A DNA stretch of 64,000 nt from positions 32,001-96,000 of the forward strand of contig CBDBZY010000012.1 of NCBI GenBank assembly GCA_965213685.1, read 5' to 3'. The notes beneath the pieces were generated by a model. It was not told the origin of the DNA. It ran no database searches and worked only from the letters and a program-made list of their open reading frames with translations. Position 1 is the first letter of the stretch. Every line of letters begins with the position of its first letter. Both the position numbers and the translations under genes were made by a program. This stretch comes from a bacterium. GTDB lineage: Bacteria; UBA8248. Of the stretch, positions 50,543-61,156 are shown in pieces.

Positions 50543-52228
50543 TTGCGAATGCCCAAGATGACTGGCGCCCAGGTCATGGCCGAGATGCTCAAGGGCTATG
50601 GCGTGACCCACACCTTTCTGGTTCCCGCCGTTCTCCGGCGCTCGATGGCCGAGATGGAGGAGCGCACGAACATCGCCCGCATCCAGACGCACGGCGAGAA
50701 ATCCGCCGCCTACATGGCGGACGGCTACGCGCGCGCGGGCAAGAAGCCGGGCGTCTGCATGGCGCAGGTCATCGGCGCGCTGAACCTGGCGGCGGGCTTG
50801 CGGGACGCCTATCTGGCGAAATCGCCCGTCCTCGCCTTCACGGGCGGCCGCGTGCCCCGGACGAAGTTCCGGAAGGTCTATCAGGAGGTGGACGACGTTC
50901 CCGCCTTCGAGCCGGTGACGAAGTTCAACGCCACGGTGGACGACGTCTCGCGCTTCCCGGACATGCTGCGCCAGGCCTTCCGCGCGGCGACCTCGGGCTG
51001 TCCGGGGCCCGTGCACCTGCAATTTGCCGGAAACGAGGGACAGCTCGACGTCGAGGAAGCCGAGATGGAGGTGATCATCGAGGAGGATTTCAAGGAGCTG
51101 CCCCCCTATCGGCCAGAGCCCGAGATGGCGCGCGTCCAGGCGGCGGTCGGGCTGCTGGAGAAGGCGCGGCGCCCCGTCATCGTCGCGGGCGGCGGCGTCC
51201 GCTCGTCAGGCGCCTCCAGGGAGCTCGTCGCCCTCGCGGAGAAGATGGGCATACCGGTGGCCACGTCGCTCAACGGCAAGGACAACATTCCGGGGAATCA
51301 TCCGCTCTCCGTGGGCGTGGCGGGCACCTACTCGAGAAAAAGCGCAAACCGGGTCGTGAACGCAGCGGACCTGGTTTTTTTCGTCGGCACCGAGACGGGG
51401 GGCATGACGACGCACTTTTGGGCCGTGCCGCCCATCGGCACGCCCGCCATCCAGCTGGACATCGAGCCCGAGGCGCTGGCGCGGAACTATCCCTTGCAGG
51501 CGGCGATTCTGGGCGACGCCAAGGTGAGCCTGCAAAAGATGGCGGACGCCGCGAGCGGGGAGTCCGCCGCGTCGCGGGCCGGCTGGGTGGAGAGGGCGCA
51601 AGGATTCGTCCGGGGATGGCGCGAGGAGTTTCGCGAATATCTCGCGTCCGACGCCGCGCCCATGCGCCCCGAGCGCATCTGCGAGGAGCTGACGGACTCC
51701 CTGCCGTCTGACTGCATCGTGCTGGCCGATACGGGCCACTCGGGCATGTGGATGGGCGGCATGTATGATCTCTCGCATCCGGATCAGAGCTACATGCGAA
51801 GTGCCGGGCACCTGGGCTGGGCCTTCTCGGCGGGCCTCGGTGCCAAATGCGCTGTGCCCGACAGGCCGGTTCTCGCGTTCAACGGCGATTCGGGCTTCTG
51901 GTATCACCTCTCCGAGATCGAGACCGCCGTGCGCTGGAAGATCAACGCGGTGACCCTGGTGAACAACAACGCCTCGGGGAATCAGTCCAAGCGCGGCTTC
52001 GATCGCGCCTATGGGGGGGAGCAGACCAGGCAGGCGTATGAGCTGTGGACCCTCAACGAGGTGAATTTCGCCGAAATCGCCGAAACGATGGGCGCACTCG
52101 GCATTCGGGTGGAAAAGCCCGGGGAGCTGAAGGGCGCGCTCGACCGGGCGTTCAGCGCGAACAGGCCCGTCGTGATCGACTGCGTGAGCGACATCGAGGC
52201 CATGGCGCCCCTGGCGGTGACGGAGTGA
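50543..52228 (+). CDS. Thiamine-diphosphate-binding enzyme (acetolactate synthase-like)
   Basis: EKSAAYMADGYARA, PGPVHL, GDSGF...VNNN. Confidence 0.88.
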   Translation: MRMPKMTGAQVMAEMLKGYGVTHTFLVPAVLRRSMAEMEERTNIARIQTHGEKSAAYMADGYARAGKKPGVCMAQVIGALNLAAGLRDAYLAKSPVLAFTGGRVPRTKFRKVYQEVDDVPAFEPVTKFNATVDDVSRFPDMLRQAFRAATSGCPGPVHLQFAGNEGQLDVEEAEMEVIIEEDFKELPPYRPEPEMARVQAAVGLLEKARRPVIVAGGGVRSSGASRELVALAEKMGIPVATSLNGKDNIPGNHPLSVGVAGTYSRKSANRVVNAADLVFFVGTETGGMTTHFWAVPPIGTPAIQLDIEPEALARNYPLQAAILGDAKVSLQKMADAASGESAASRAGWVERAQGFVRGWREEFREYLASDAAPMRPERICEELTDSLPSDCIVLADTGHSGMWMGGMYDLSHPDQSYMRSAGHLGWAFSAGLGAKCAVPDRPVLAFNGDSGFWYHLSEIETAVRWKINAVTLVNNNASGNQSKRGFDRAYGGEQTRQAYELWTLNEVNFAEIAETMGALGIRVEKPGELKGALDRAFSANRPVVIDCVSDIEAMAPLAVTE

Positions 52229-52375
52229 GGCGGGCGCTTCGCACCGGAGTCGACGGCGCGGCGCAGGCCGACGGATTGCCGGGGAAGCTGCGGACCTGGC
52301 CGCTTCTTGCGCAGGAGAAGGTCTGAGACGCCCGATGAATGCGCTGCGTGCGGATGCGCCCTTTCTGCGTGTTTC

Positions 52376-53230
52376 TTATGCAGGGGCGCCTGCGGAGGCC
52401 ATCGTCTTTTTCAGAAACTCCCGCGTCACGCGGATGAACTCGCCGGGAGCGTCCATATAGACGTGGTGGTGCGCGCCCCGAATCACGGCGACCTCGACGC
52501 GGGGCGCCTCCCGCCGCACCCAATCGAGAGAGTCCGCTCCCAGCCGGTCGGACAATTCGCCCGCCACCAGCAGGGCGGGCACGTTCACCTTCCGCCAGCC
52601 GGGGCGCTGGTCGGTCTCGGGACGGGCCGCGTGAAAGCGCCTGTCCGCCTTCACCGTCCACGCCCCGTCGCCGTCCGGCCGCACGGCATGGCGCGCGATG
52701 TGGGCGAGGGTCTGCGGGTCCACCCTGTCCGATGAGGGCAGGAGCCGGAATTTCTCCACGAAAAGCGATTGCGACGCCCAGGGCCTGGCGGGCCTTTTGC
52801 CGAACGCGCGCACCTCGGCGAGGATTCGGTCCGTCGTCCTCAGCGGAGAGTCCACGATGATGAGTCCCGCGACCTCGGGAGGCTCCAGGTCGAAGAGGTT
52901 GAGGGCGATGACGCCTCCCATCGAGTGGGCCATCACATAGGGTTTTCTCCCGCTCGCCTCCCTGGCCCATCGCACCCAACCGGCGACGTCGCGCAGCAGG
53001 TCCTCGAAGCGGTATGCGTCCAGCCATTCGTTGTCTCCGTGGCCTCGGTGATCCGGCGCCACCGGCCGGAGCATGTCCTTGTAGTGCGGGGCAATGTGGT
53101 CCCACCAGCGCGCGTGGGCGGCTGCGCCATGCAGCATCAGGAGGACGGGCGTTGCCCCCGCACCCCCGTGGTCCAGGGCGTGAAGCCGCACCCCGCCCCT
53201 TTCGATGAATACGCTCCTCGGTTCACCCAT
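52376..53230 (-). CDS. Alpha/beta hydrolase
   Basis: LHG, DHRGHG, AHSMGG nucleophile elbow, AHHH. Confidence 0.88.
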   Translation of the reverse strand: MGEPRSVFIERGGVRLHALDHGGAGATPVLLMLHGAAAHARWWDHIAPHYKDMLRPVAPDHRGHGDNEWLDAYRFEDLLRDVAGWVRWAREASGRKPYVMAHSMGGVIALNLFDLEPPEVAGLIIVDSPLRTTDRILAEVRAFGKRPARPWASQSLFVEKFRLLPSSDRVDPQTLAHIARHAVRPDGDGAWTVKADRRFHAARPETDQRPGWRKVNVPALLVAGELSDRLGADSLDWVRREAPRVEVAVIRGAHHHVYMDAPGEFIRVTREFLKKTMASAGAPA

Positions 53231-53372
53231 TTGCTCTCGCTCCGCGCGACGATTCAGAATTTCGGGGGGAGAATCCATGATCGGGGCGGGAATGGCAAGC
53301 CTGCCGAGCCTTCCCAAGGGAGGGGCGTTCCCCCATGGCCGGAGCCGCCCCCGGTGCGCCAGCCCGGCCGCC

Positions 53373-54455
53373 TCAGCGCGTCAGGAGGCGGACCGCCTCG
53401 GCGCCCAGGCCAACGACGACCTCCTCGCCGACGGCGAAAGCGCGGCGGCCCGGGTGGTGGGTGTCGTCGACCAGCAGCATGGCGTCGCCGACCTCTACGG
53501 CGTAGCGGAGGAGGTGGCCGAGGAACTCACGGTGTCGCACCCGACCGGCGAAGGCGATGCCCTCCGCCGTCTCGGCCGGTGCGGCGATGGTCACGTCCTG
53601 CGGTCGGAACATGGCGGTTTGGGCACCGCCCGGTGCGTGAGCACCGCCCGCCAGCGGCAAGACCATGCCGTTGGCCGCCACGAAGCGCGCTCCGTCGGCG
53701 GCTGCCTCGACCCGTCCGTCGATGAGATTTGCGGTGCCCAGGAAGTCGGCGACGAAGCGATTGACCGGCTTGTCATAGAGTTCGATGGGCAGCCCCACCT
53801 GCTGGAGGACGCCGGCGTCGAGCACCGCCATCCGATCCGAGATGGTGTTGGCCTCGTCCTGGTCGTGGGTGACGAAGATGGTGGTCAACCGGAGTTTCCG
53901 CTGCAGATCCAGAATCTCGCGGCGCATTTGCACGCGCAGGCTCGCGTCTAGGTTGGAGAGCGGCTCGTCGAGTAAAAGCACCCGGGGCTCGACGACGATG
54001 GTGCGCGCCAGCGCGACCCGTTGCTGCTGCCCGCCGGAGAGTTGCGACGGACGTCGGTCCCCCAGCTCCAGAAGCCCGACCATATCCAGTGCGGCGTCGA
54101 CCCGCTTCGGAATCTCGGCTGCCGGCATCTTGCGCTCCTCGAGGCCGAAAGCGACGTTCCTGCGCACCGTCATGTGCGGCCACAGCGCATAGGATTGAAA
54201 GACCATGCCGACGTTGCGCCGCCACGGCGGCAGGCGGGTCACGTCGTCGCCGGCGATCAAAATACGCCCGCGGGGAGCCGGGCCGAAGCCGGCGATGGCG
54301 CGCAACAAGGTCGATTTGCCGGACCCGGACGGCCCCAGGAAGGTGAACAACTCGCCTGGCTCGATGCGCAGGTCGACGTCCCGGAGCACATCGGTCGTAT
54401 CGTAGGCGAGGCTCAACCGCTCGATGACGACGCTGGCGGCGGTTTCCGACGTCAT
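53373..54455 (-). CDS. ABC transporter ATP-binding protein (FbpC/PotA-like)
   Basis: GPSGSGKS, LSGGQQQR, LLLDEPLSNLD, FVTHDQ. Confidence 0.92.
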   Translation of the reverse strand: MTSETAASVVIERLSLAYDTTDVLRDVDLRIEPGELFTFLGPSGSGKSTLLRAIAGFGPAPRGRILIAGDDVTRLPPWRRNVGMVFQSYALWPHMTVRRNVAFGLEERKMPAAEIPKRVDAALDMVGLLELGDRRPSQLSGGQQQRVALARTIVVEPRVLLLDEPLSNLDASLRVQMRREILDLQRKLRLTTIFVTHDQDEANTISDRMAVLDAGVLQQVGLPIELYDKPVNRFVADFLGTANLIDGRVEAAADGARFVAANGMVLPLAGGAHAPGGAQTAMFRPQDVTIAAPAETAEGIAFAGRVRHREFLGHLLRYAVEVGDAMLLVDDTHHPGRRAFAVGEEVVVGLGAEAVRLLTR

Positions 54456-54457
54456 GG

Positions 54458-56173
54458 TCAAACTCCCGCGACGGCAGCCATATCGGGCGTTCGCTGGATG
54501 TCTTTGCGTTGGATGATGCGATGCGAGGCGTAGGTGGCGACTCCGACGATGACCACGGCGATGACGCCGAGAGCCGCGCCGGGACCACGGCCCGCCGCCG
54601 ATTGCATGAACTCGTAGATGCCGAAGGCGAGCGGAGCGTCGGATTCCTGCGACACCAGCATGATGGTCGTCGACAACTCGACCGCCGCGGTGGCGAAGCT
54701 GGTGACGAAGCCGGCGACGATGCCGCCGGACATCAGCGGCACGACGATGCGATAAATGGTGCGGCCCTTGGTCGCCCCCAGGTTCTCGGCCGCCTCTTCG
54801 AGCATCACGCTGATCTGTTGCAGGGTCGCGACGCAGGCGCGCAGGGCGTAGGGCAGCCGCCGGATGGAGAGGGCGACGACGATGATCACCCACCAGGACG
54901 CCAGGGGCTTGTCGATGATCGGCACGTTAAACTCATAGAAGGTGCGCAGGTAGCCGATGCCCAGAACCACGCCGGGAACCGCCACCGCCCCCATGGCGGC
55001 GTAGTCGAGCCATTGGCGGCCGACGAGCCGGGTGCGCCAGACGACGTAGGCGATCGCCGTGCCGAAGACGACGTCAACGGCGGCGGCGAGGCCCGCGTAG
55101 ATGAGCGTGTTGGTGATGAACTCGGAGGAAGTCGAGAGCACCCGCAGATAGTGCGCGAGGGTGTAGGCGTCGGGCAACACGCTGAACGACCAGACCGTGC
55201 CGAAGGACAGGATGAGGAGGCCAAAGTGCGGCGACAGCACCACCAGCAGGATGAAGATGACGACGCCGTTGCAGGCGACCTTCTCCCAGGGCCGCAGGTC
55301 GCGTTTCATCAGCCCTCCCCCGCCCTTCTGCACAGTGGCGTAATCCTTGCCCCGCAGCACCAGAAACGAGGTCCACAGCGACAGGAGAGAGAATACGACC
55401 AGGATTACCGAGATCACGTAGCCCATCGGGTCCGAGATGCCGATGGAGGAGATGCGCAGGTAGGCCTGCGGTGCCAGCATGTTGTTGATGTTAAGCAACA
55501 GGGGCGTGCCGATGTCGTCGAACACTTTCAGGAATACCAGGGATGCGCCGGCGACGTAGCCGGGCATGGCCAGCGGAAACACGATGCGGCGGAACAGGCG
55601 CGTGCCGCTGGCGCCCAGGTTCTGGGCCGACTCCTCCATCGCCCGGTCGATGTTGTGGAGCGAGGCCGAGAGATTGATGAGGATGAACGGGAAGTAGTGG
55701 ATGCTTTCGACCAGGATGACGCCGTTGAGCCCTTCCATGAACGGGATGGTGAAGCCGAACCACTCGTCCAACAGCAGGTTGAGCGATCCGTTCTCGCCGA
55801 GTAGCAGGAGCATCGCCACGGCGCCGACGAAGGGCGGCATGATCAGCGGGAGAACGCCGAGGGTCTGAATCAGGAGGGTGCCGCCGAAGTGGAAGCGGGT
55901 CGTGAAATAGGCGAGCGGTATGGCGAAGCACGACGCCACCACCACCGACATGCAGGCGACATAGAGCGAATTGATGAAGGATTCCTGAAACAGGCTGGTG
56001 CGGAAGAAGTCGAAAAAGTTGATCAGCGTCAGCGCGCCCGTGTTGGGATCCTGGAACGCGACGTAGATCACCTTGATGACCGGCACGACCAGGAAAGCGA
56101 ACAAAAAGAGGCCGACGAGCATAGCCACCGCCGCCGGCCCCCACTGGCCGCGCGCCATCGCGTCCAGAGACAT
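54458..56173 (-). CDS. ABC transporter permease (FbpB-like)
   Basis: IMPPFVGA, MEESAQNLGA, LEEAAENLGA; many TM helices. Confidence 0.9.
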   Translation of the reverse strand: MSLDAMARGQWGPAAVAMLVGLFLFAFLVVPVIKVIYVAFQDPNTGALTLINFFDFFRTSLFQESFINSLYVACMSVVVASCFAIPLAYFTTRFHFGGTLLIQTLGVLPLIMPPFVGAVAMLLLLGENGSLNLLLDEWFGFTIPFMEGLNGVILVESIHYFPFILINLSASLHNIDRAMEESAQNLGASGTRLFRRIVFPLAMPGYVAGASLVFLKVFDDIGTPLLLNINNMLAPQAYLRISSIGISDPMGYVISVILVVFSLLSLWTSFLVLRGKDYATVQKGGGGLMKRDLRPWEKVACNGVVIFILLVVLSPHFGLLILSFGTVWSFSVLPDAYTLAHYLRVLSTSSEFITNTLIYAGLAAAVDVVFGTAIAYVVWRTRLVGRQWLDYAAMGAVAVPGVVLGIGYLRTFYEFNVPIIDKPLASWWVIIVVALSIRRLPYALRACVATLQQISVMLEEAAENLGATKGRTIYRIVVPLMSGGIVAGFVTSFATAAVELSTTIMLVSQESDAPLAFGIYEFMQSAAGRGPGAALGVIAVVIVGVATYASHRIIQRKDIQRTPDMAAVAGV

Positions 56174-56212
56174 TCTTCCCCTCTTTCTCTCTCCCCGCGC
56201 CCGCAACGCGGG

Positions 56213-57565
56213 TTAGAGCATGGACGCCGCCCTCTCGGCCAGCGCCTTGGCCTTGGCGTAGTTGGCCTTGACCTGGGTGTCCCAGCCCTGCTCGACCTCG
56301 GCCTGGCGGCCGGTCACCTTGGTGGTCGCCTTCTTGCGCTTCTTCCTGAATATCCGGTTGAAGTCTTTCTGGCTCGCCCGGGCGGCGTCAATGGGCACTT
56401 TGGCGACCAGCGCCTTGGCCTGGGCGAGCAGTTTCCGCGCCTCGGCGTGGGGCTTCTTGCCGTCCATCTTCGCCTCGGCGTCCTGGATCGCCTTGGTCGC
56501 CGCGCGCAGATCCCTGAGGCGGTAAGTGACCATCACGTCGAACAGGGAGTTGATCACGTTGTAACGGCTCTTCGAGAGTTGGAGGTCAAACTTGACCGCG
56601 GCGCCGATGGATTTGTCCTTGAACGGGTTGGGAAAGTCGGCGGGCGCTTTGGCGTAGCTCGCCGGATTGACGGGCAGGCGCCGGATCTTCGGGTCGAGCA
56701 GTACCTCCTGGCCTTCGGGCGACAGGAGGAATTCGATGAAGGCCGCTGCCGCCTTCGGATGCGGCGCGTTGCTCACGATGGCGATGTTCGCCGGCACCAG
56801 GGTCGTCACCGGCGGGTAGATGAACTTGACCGGGAACCCCGAAGCCTCCGACGACAGGCCGAAAAAATCAATCACGATGCCCAGGCCGAACTGTCCCGAG
56901 TTGACGCCGTCGGGCACGCCGAAGCTGCGCTCGGTGACGGTCTTGAAGTTGCCCGCGATGGCTTTCCACATCGCCCAGCCCTCGGCCCATCCTTTTCCCT
57001 GCAACAGGGTCTCAACGGTCAGATGGGTGGTGCCGGAGCGCGACGGCGCGCTCATGCCGACGTGGCCGTGATAGACGGGTTTGGCCAGGTCGGCCCAGGT
57101 CGTGGGCACCGGCAACTTCTTGGCCTTGAGGTAGCGGGTGTTCCACATGATGCCGTAGCCGGACGCCGCGAACCCCTTGTAGTAACCCTCCGGGTCGTTG
57201 ATCGGGAAAGCGCCCACCTTCTGGGGGATGCCGGCGACCTTGACCTCGTATTTCTGCAGAAGGCCGTCGCCCTTCAGCACCTCGAAAGCGTCGGGGGCGG
57301 AAGCCCAGAACATGTCCGACTTGTTGTTGCCAGCCGTCTCCTGCAGATACTTGATGCCGGCCGTGGTCTTCTTCTTCAGCATCTCGACCTTGACGCCGGG
57401 ATGCTTCTTCTCGAAAGCCGCCTTGACCGTGGTCGTGGTATCCGGCGGGTAGGACGTGACGATGACGAGTTTGTTCTCCAGTGCGCTCGCACCGAACGGC
57501 ACCGCCAGGAAGGACAAGGCAAGGCCGACGGCAACGGTGCGGAAAGTCGTTCTCATAATAGCCAT
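56213..57565 (-). CDS. ABC transporter substrate-binding protein
   Basis: Signal peptide; VIVTSYP, PSRSGTTH, APHPKAAAAFIEFLLSPEGQ. Confidence 0.88.
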   Translation of the reverse strand: MAIMRTTFRTVAVGLALSFLAVPFGASALENKLVIVTSYPPDTTTTVKAAFEKKHPGVKVEMLKKKTTAGIKYLQETAGNNKSDMFWASAPDAFEVLKGDGLLQKYEVKVAGIPQKVGAFPINDPEGYYKGFAASGYGIMWNTRYLKAKKLPVPTTWADLAKPVYHGHVGMSAPSRSGTTHLTVETLLQGKGWAEGWAMWKAIAGNFKTVTERSFGVPDGVNSGQFGLGIVIDFFGLSSEASGFPVKFIYPPVTTLVPANIAIVSNAPHPKAAAAFIEFLLSPEGQEVLLDPKIRRLPVNPASYAKAPADFPNPFKDKSIGAAVKFDLQLSKSRYNVINSLFDVMVTYRLRDLRAATKAIQDAEAKMDGKKPHAEARKLLAQAKALVAKVPIDAARASQKDFNRIFRKKRKKATTKVTGRQAEVEQGWDTQVKANYAKAKALAERAASML

Positions 57566-57785
57566 TGTCTCTGTTCTCCTCCTCGTTTTCTTGTCTGGCG
57601 GGTTCGTCGTCATGACGTGCCGGTTGCGCCCGGCGGGTCGAACGTTCCAGTCAACCGTCAATATGATGAAGAACGTCCAGGCTGTCAAATGCGCGGCGTC
57701 CCCGGAAAGTCGGGCGAGCGGTCGAGGCGTAGGCGCGCGACCGGGGAGGGATGCGCGATGGGCGGGCGGGCGCCTTCAGCGCCCG

Positions 57786-58145
57786 TCAGCCGTCCCCGTC
57801 CTCGGGTGCGGCCCCGCGCTTCTCGAGATATTCCCCGTACTCGTCGTGCGTGGTCTCGGGACAAAGGTCGGGGCCGCGCTTGTAGGCGGCCCGGGAGATG
57901 AGGTGCGCGGCGACGGGGGCGGTCAGGAACAGGAAGCAGACGGCGAGTACGGCCTGCGTCGTGACGGTGGGGCTCTGAAAGACGAGGCTGGTGCCGAGGA
58001 GGATGCCGCCCATGCCGAAGGTGGTGGCCTTGGTGGCGGCGTGCATCCGGCAGTAGACGTCCGGCAGGCGCAGAAGCCCGATGCTCGCGACCAGCATGAA
58101 GAACGCGCCGATCAGCAGCAGGGCGGCGGCGAGGGCGTCACTCAA
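57786..58145 (-). CDS. mrpG: Mrp Na+/H+ antiporter subunit G
   Basis: RLPDVYCRMHAATKATT, FLTAPVAAH. Confidence 0.92.
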   Translation of the reverse strand: MSDALAAALLLIGAFFMLVASIGLLRLPDVYCRMHAATKATTFGMGGILLGTSLVFQSPTVTTQAVLAVCFLFLTAPVAAHLISRAAYKRGPDLCPETTHDEYGEYLEKRGAAPEDGDG

Positions 58146-58407
58146 TGATTCTCCCCCTCTCGAGAAACTTCGCGTAGACCGTGGCGCCCACGAAGCTCAG
58201 GATCGCCAGGGCGAGCACGGCGATGATGAAGAGCTTGTTGCCCGTCTGGATCGCGTAGAGGGCGATGACGCCCAGCACGTTCGTGGCGATGGCGTCGGCC
58301 GCCACGACACGGTCGGACGTCGTGGGTCCCTTGACGAGGCGGGCGAACGCCAGGATGAGGGAGAGGCCCAACATGATCAGGCTGGCCTGGACGGCCCACG
58401 AAATCAT
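58138..58407 (-). CDS. mrpF: Mrp antiporter subunit F
   Basis: RLVKGPT..DRVVAAD. Confidence 0.92.
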   Translation of the reverse strand: MISWAVQASLIMLGLSLILAFARLVKGPTTSDRVVAADAIATNVLGVIALYAIQTGNKLFIIAVLALAILSFVGATVYAKFLERGRIIE

Positions 58408-58877
58408 TCCACGGCCCCCACGATGGGCTGCTCCAGTCCCTTGCGGATGCTGGCGATCACCTCGTCGGGGTGGTCGATGTCCAGCGTATGGACGAAAATC
58501 GTCTCATGATCCTCCGACACGTCCACGCTCAGCGTCCCGGGCGTGAGGGTGATGGAGTTGGCCAGCATCGTCACCCCCAGGGGCGTCTTGCAGGCCGTCT
58601 TGTAGGGGATGATGCCCGGGCGAATCGCTATCCTGGGCGCCAGCACGATTTTCAGCACCTGGAGATTGGCGACGAGCAGCTCCCAGGTAAAGCTTCTCAG
58701 ATACCGGAAATAGCTGCCGATGCGGAAAAACGTTCTGTCCTGGTAGTAGGATTTCTTCAGGAAACGGATGATGAGGATGGCCATGACGAGGCCGACGAAG
58801 AAATGCCCGGGCGTGGCGCTGCCGTGCAGGAGTATCCATATGGCGGCGATGGTGAATGCGAGCGTGGCGAGCGGCAT
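58404..58877 (-). CDS. mrpE: Mrp antiporter subunit E
   Basis: ANSITLTPGTL, VHTLD. Confidence 0.92.
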   Translation of the reverse strand: MPLATLAFTIAAIWILLHGSATPGHFFVGLVMAILIIRFLKKSYYQDRTFFRIGSYFRYLRSFTWELLVANLQVLKIVLAPRIAIRPGIIPYKTACKTPLGVTMLANSITLTPGTLSVDVSEDHETIFVHTLDIDHPDEVIASIRKGLEQPIVGAVE

Positions 58878-58892
58878 ACTGCGGGCCTCCCC

Positions 58893-60369
58893 TTATCCGG
58901 TTCTCTGCATGGCGGCGATGTATAGCTCAGGCCTCGTGATCTGGGCGGCCACGAGCTGCGCCCACTCAAAGAGCCAGAAGGCGCCCAGGCCGAAGAGAAT
59001 CGCGAAAGCGGAGAGGAAGGCGACGGCCCCGTAGAGGCCCGCGCCCGCCGCGCCGACCTCGCCGCCGCCCGTTCCCCAGGCGTAGCGCTGATACGTCGTG
59101 AAGTTATAGTAGAGCGATATGACGCCGAATCCCAGGGCGACGCCCGTCGCGAGGGTCGCGCCCTGGGCGAATCCCGCCTGGAGCACGAAGAGCTTGGCGA
59201 AGAAGCCCGTGAATGGCGGAAAGCCCGCGAGGGACAGGAATCCCACCAGCATCAGGAGGCTGGCGAAGGGCGCCTTGCCCATCATCCCGCCCATCCGCTC
59301 GAGGTCCACCGTGCCGGTCAGCTTCTGGTTGAGGCCGGCTCCGAGCAGCATCGCGCTTTTGAGATATGCGTGGCCCACGATGTAGAAGACCGCCGCCGCG
59401 AGTCCCGCCTGCGAGAGGAGGGCGACGCCGAAGATGATGTAGCCGAGCTGGTTGATGGTGCTGTAGGCGAGAATGCGCTTCAGGCTGGTCTGGGGCAGGG
59501 TGCCGAGGGCGCCCATGGCGATGGTGCACAGCCCCATGAGGATGAGGCCTGGCTGGAGCTGCAGGAACGCGGCCGGGAAGATGAGCGTGGCGCAGCGGAT
59601 GATGGCGTAGATGCCCACCTTGACGAGGACGCCCGCGAGGATGGCGCTGATGGGGGTGGGCGATATCGAATGCGCCGAGGGGAGCCACAGGTGCATGGGG
59701 AAGATCGCCGCCTTGACGCTGAACACGAAGACGAAGACGAGGGCGGTCACCACGAGGAGGGGCGAGGGGCCGAGGAGCCGGATTTTCACGGCGAGGTCCG
59801 CCATGTTCACCGTGCCGGTCTGGGCGTAGAGAAAGGCGACGCCGAGCAGGAAAAAGGCGGACGCGATGAGGTTCAGGCAGGTGTATTTGAACGCCGTCTC
59901 GAGCTGGTCGAGGTTGTGGTAGAAGCCGAGCAGCGCGTAGGTGGCCATGAGCATGACCTCGAAGAAGACGAACAGGTTGAACAGGTCGCCCGTGATGAAG
60001 CAGCCTTGTATCCCCATCAGCAGGAAATGCAGCAGCGGATGGAACGCCTCTTTGCGCTGCTCCTCCGAGAGGTAGCTTCTGGCGAAGACGGCGCACGCGC
60101 CCACGATGGACGCCGAGAGGCACAGGAGCGTGGCGGTGAGCCTGTCGGCGGCCAGGACGATGGCGTAGGGGAAGGGCCAAAGTCCCATCCTGTGCGTGAA
60201 TATCGCGCCCCTCCGCCGTCGCGCTCAAAAGCGCGGCGGCCAGTACCAGGTTCACCAGCAGCGAGAGGATGCTCACCGATTCCTGGAGGCCGCGGCTTCT
60301 GCGCACCATGAAGAGCGCCGTGCCCGTGGCCAGCGGCCAGATGACGAACAGGGGGAAGATGGCGCTCAT
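58893..60369 (-). CDS. mrpD: Mrp antiporter subunit D, one frameshift near 60205
   Basis: TGDLFNLFVFFEVML, HLWLP.AH, KVGIY, GFPPFTGF; N-terminus in the ORF 59104..60369 frame. Confidence 0.9.
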
Positions 60370-60716
60370 CCTCTCAGCCTCCGGATCTCGTCGATGTCGT
60401 CCGTCCGGAACTTGCGGTAGGCGAAAAACGCCAGGACGAGCAAGAACGCCGTCACCGCGAAGCTGATCACGATGGCGGTCAGCACCATGGCCTGGGGCAG
60501 GGGGTCCACGTAGGCGAGGGGATCGATCGGGCCTCCCTCCTTGGGAACGATGGGCGCCCTGCCGTCTCCCACCCAGCCGGAGGCGACTATCATGAGGTTC
60601 GTGGCGTGGCTGAGCACCGCCATGCCGAGCACCACCTGGATGATTTTGCGCTGCATGATGAGATAGGAGGCGACCGTGACCAGCACCCCTATCGTCATCG
60701 CCATGATCCAGAGCAC
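60366..60716 (-). CDS. mrpC: Mrp antiporter subunit C
   Basis: LSHATNL, DPLPQAMVLTAIVISF. Confidence 0.92.
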   Translation of the reverse strand: MLWIMAMTIGVLVTVASYLIMQRKIIQVVLGMAVLSHATNLMIVASGWVGDGRAPIVPKEGGPIDPLAYVDPLPQAMVLTAIVISFAVTAFLLVLAFFAYRKFRTDDIDEIRRLRG

Positions 60717-60730
60717 TTTGGTTTCTTCCC

Positions 60731-61156
60731 CTATCGGTTTGTCGGACGCTGTCCGCACAGGTTCGTGAATATCGACATCGCCACGCCGACCACCACCCCG
60801 TACACCCCGACGTCGAACAGAAAAGCGGTGAACAGCTCGACGTCGCCGACGAACGGCAGCGCGAAGTGGTACACCGCGCTTTTCAGATACGCCCCCTTGA
60901 TGTAGCCCCATGCGCCCGTGATGGTGGAGAGAGCCAGCCCGAGGAGGAAGATGTTCTCATAGGGCCAGTTGAACCGCCGCCAGCCCTCCTCGGCGTCCAC
61001 CGCCACCCATTGGAGCACGATGCCCACCGACGTCATCAGTCCCGCGATGAAGCCGCCCCCCGGCTGGTTGTGGCCGTAGATGAGCAGAAAAAAGGAGAAC
61101 AGCAGCGTGAGGTGCAGGACGACGGGGGCGGTCGTTTGCAGAATCAGTGATCCCAT
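60731..61156 (-). CDS. mrpB: Mrp antiporter subunit B
   Basis: GHNQPGGGFIAGL, FDVGVY. Confidence 0.92.
   Translation of the reverse strand: MGSLILQTTAPVVLHLTLLFSFFLLIYGHNQPGGGFIAGLMTSVGIVLQWVAVDAEEGWRRFNWPYENIFLLGLALSTITGAWGYIKGAYLKSAVYHFALPFVGDVELFTAFLFDVGVYGVVVGVAMSIFTNLCGQRPTNR

Noticed and set aside
48833-51022. Long antisense or alternative-frame ORFs (e.g. 729 aa here, 55889..57901, 61147..63030)
   Set aside because: They overlap well-supported genes, are low-complexity Arg/Gly/Ala/Pro-rich and lack motifs: typical high-GC shadow ORFs.
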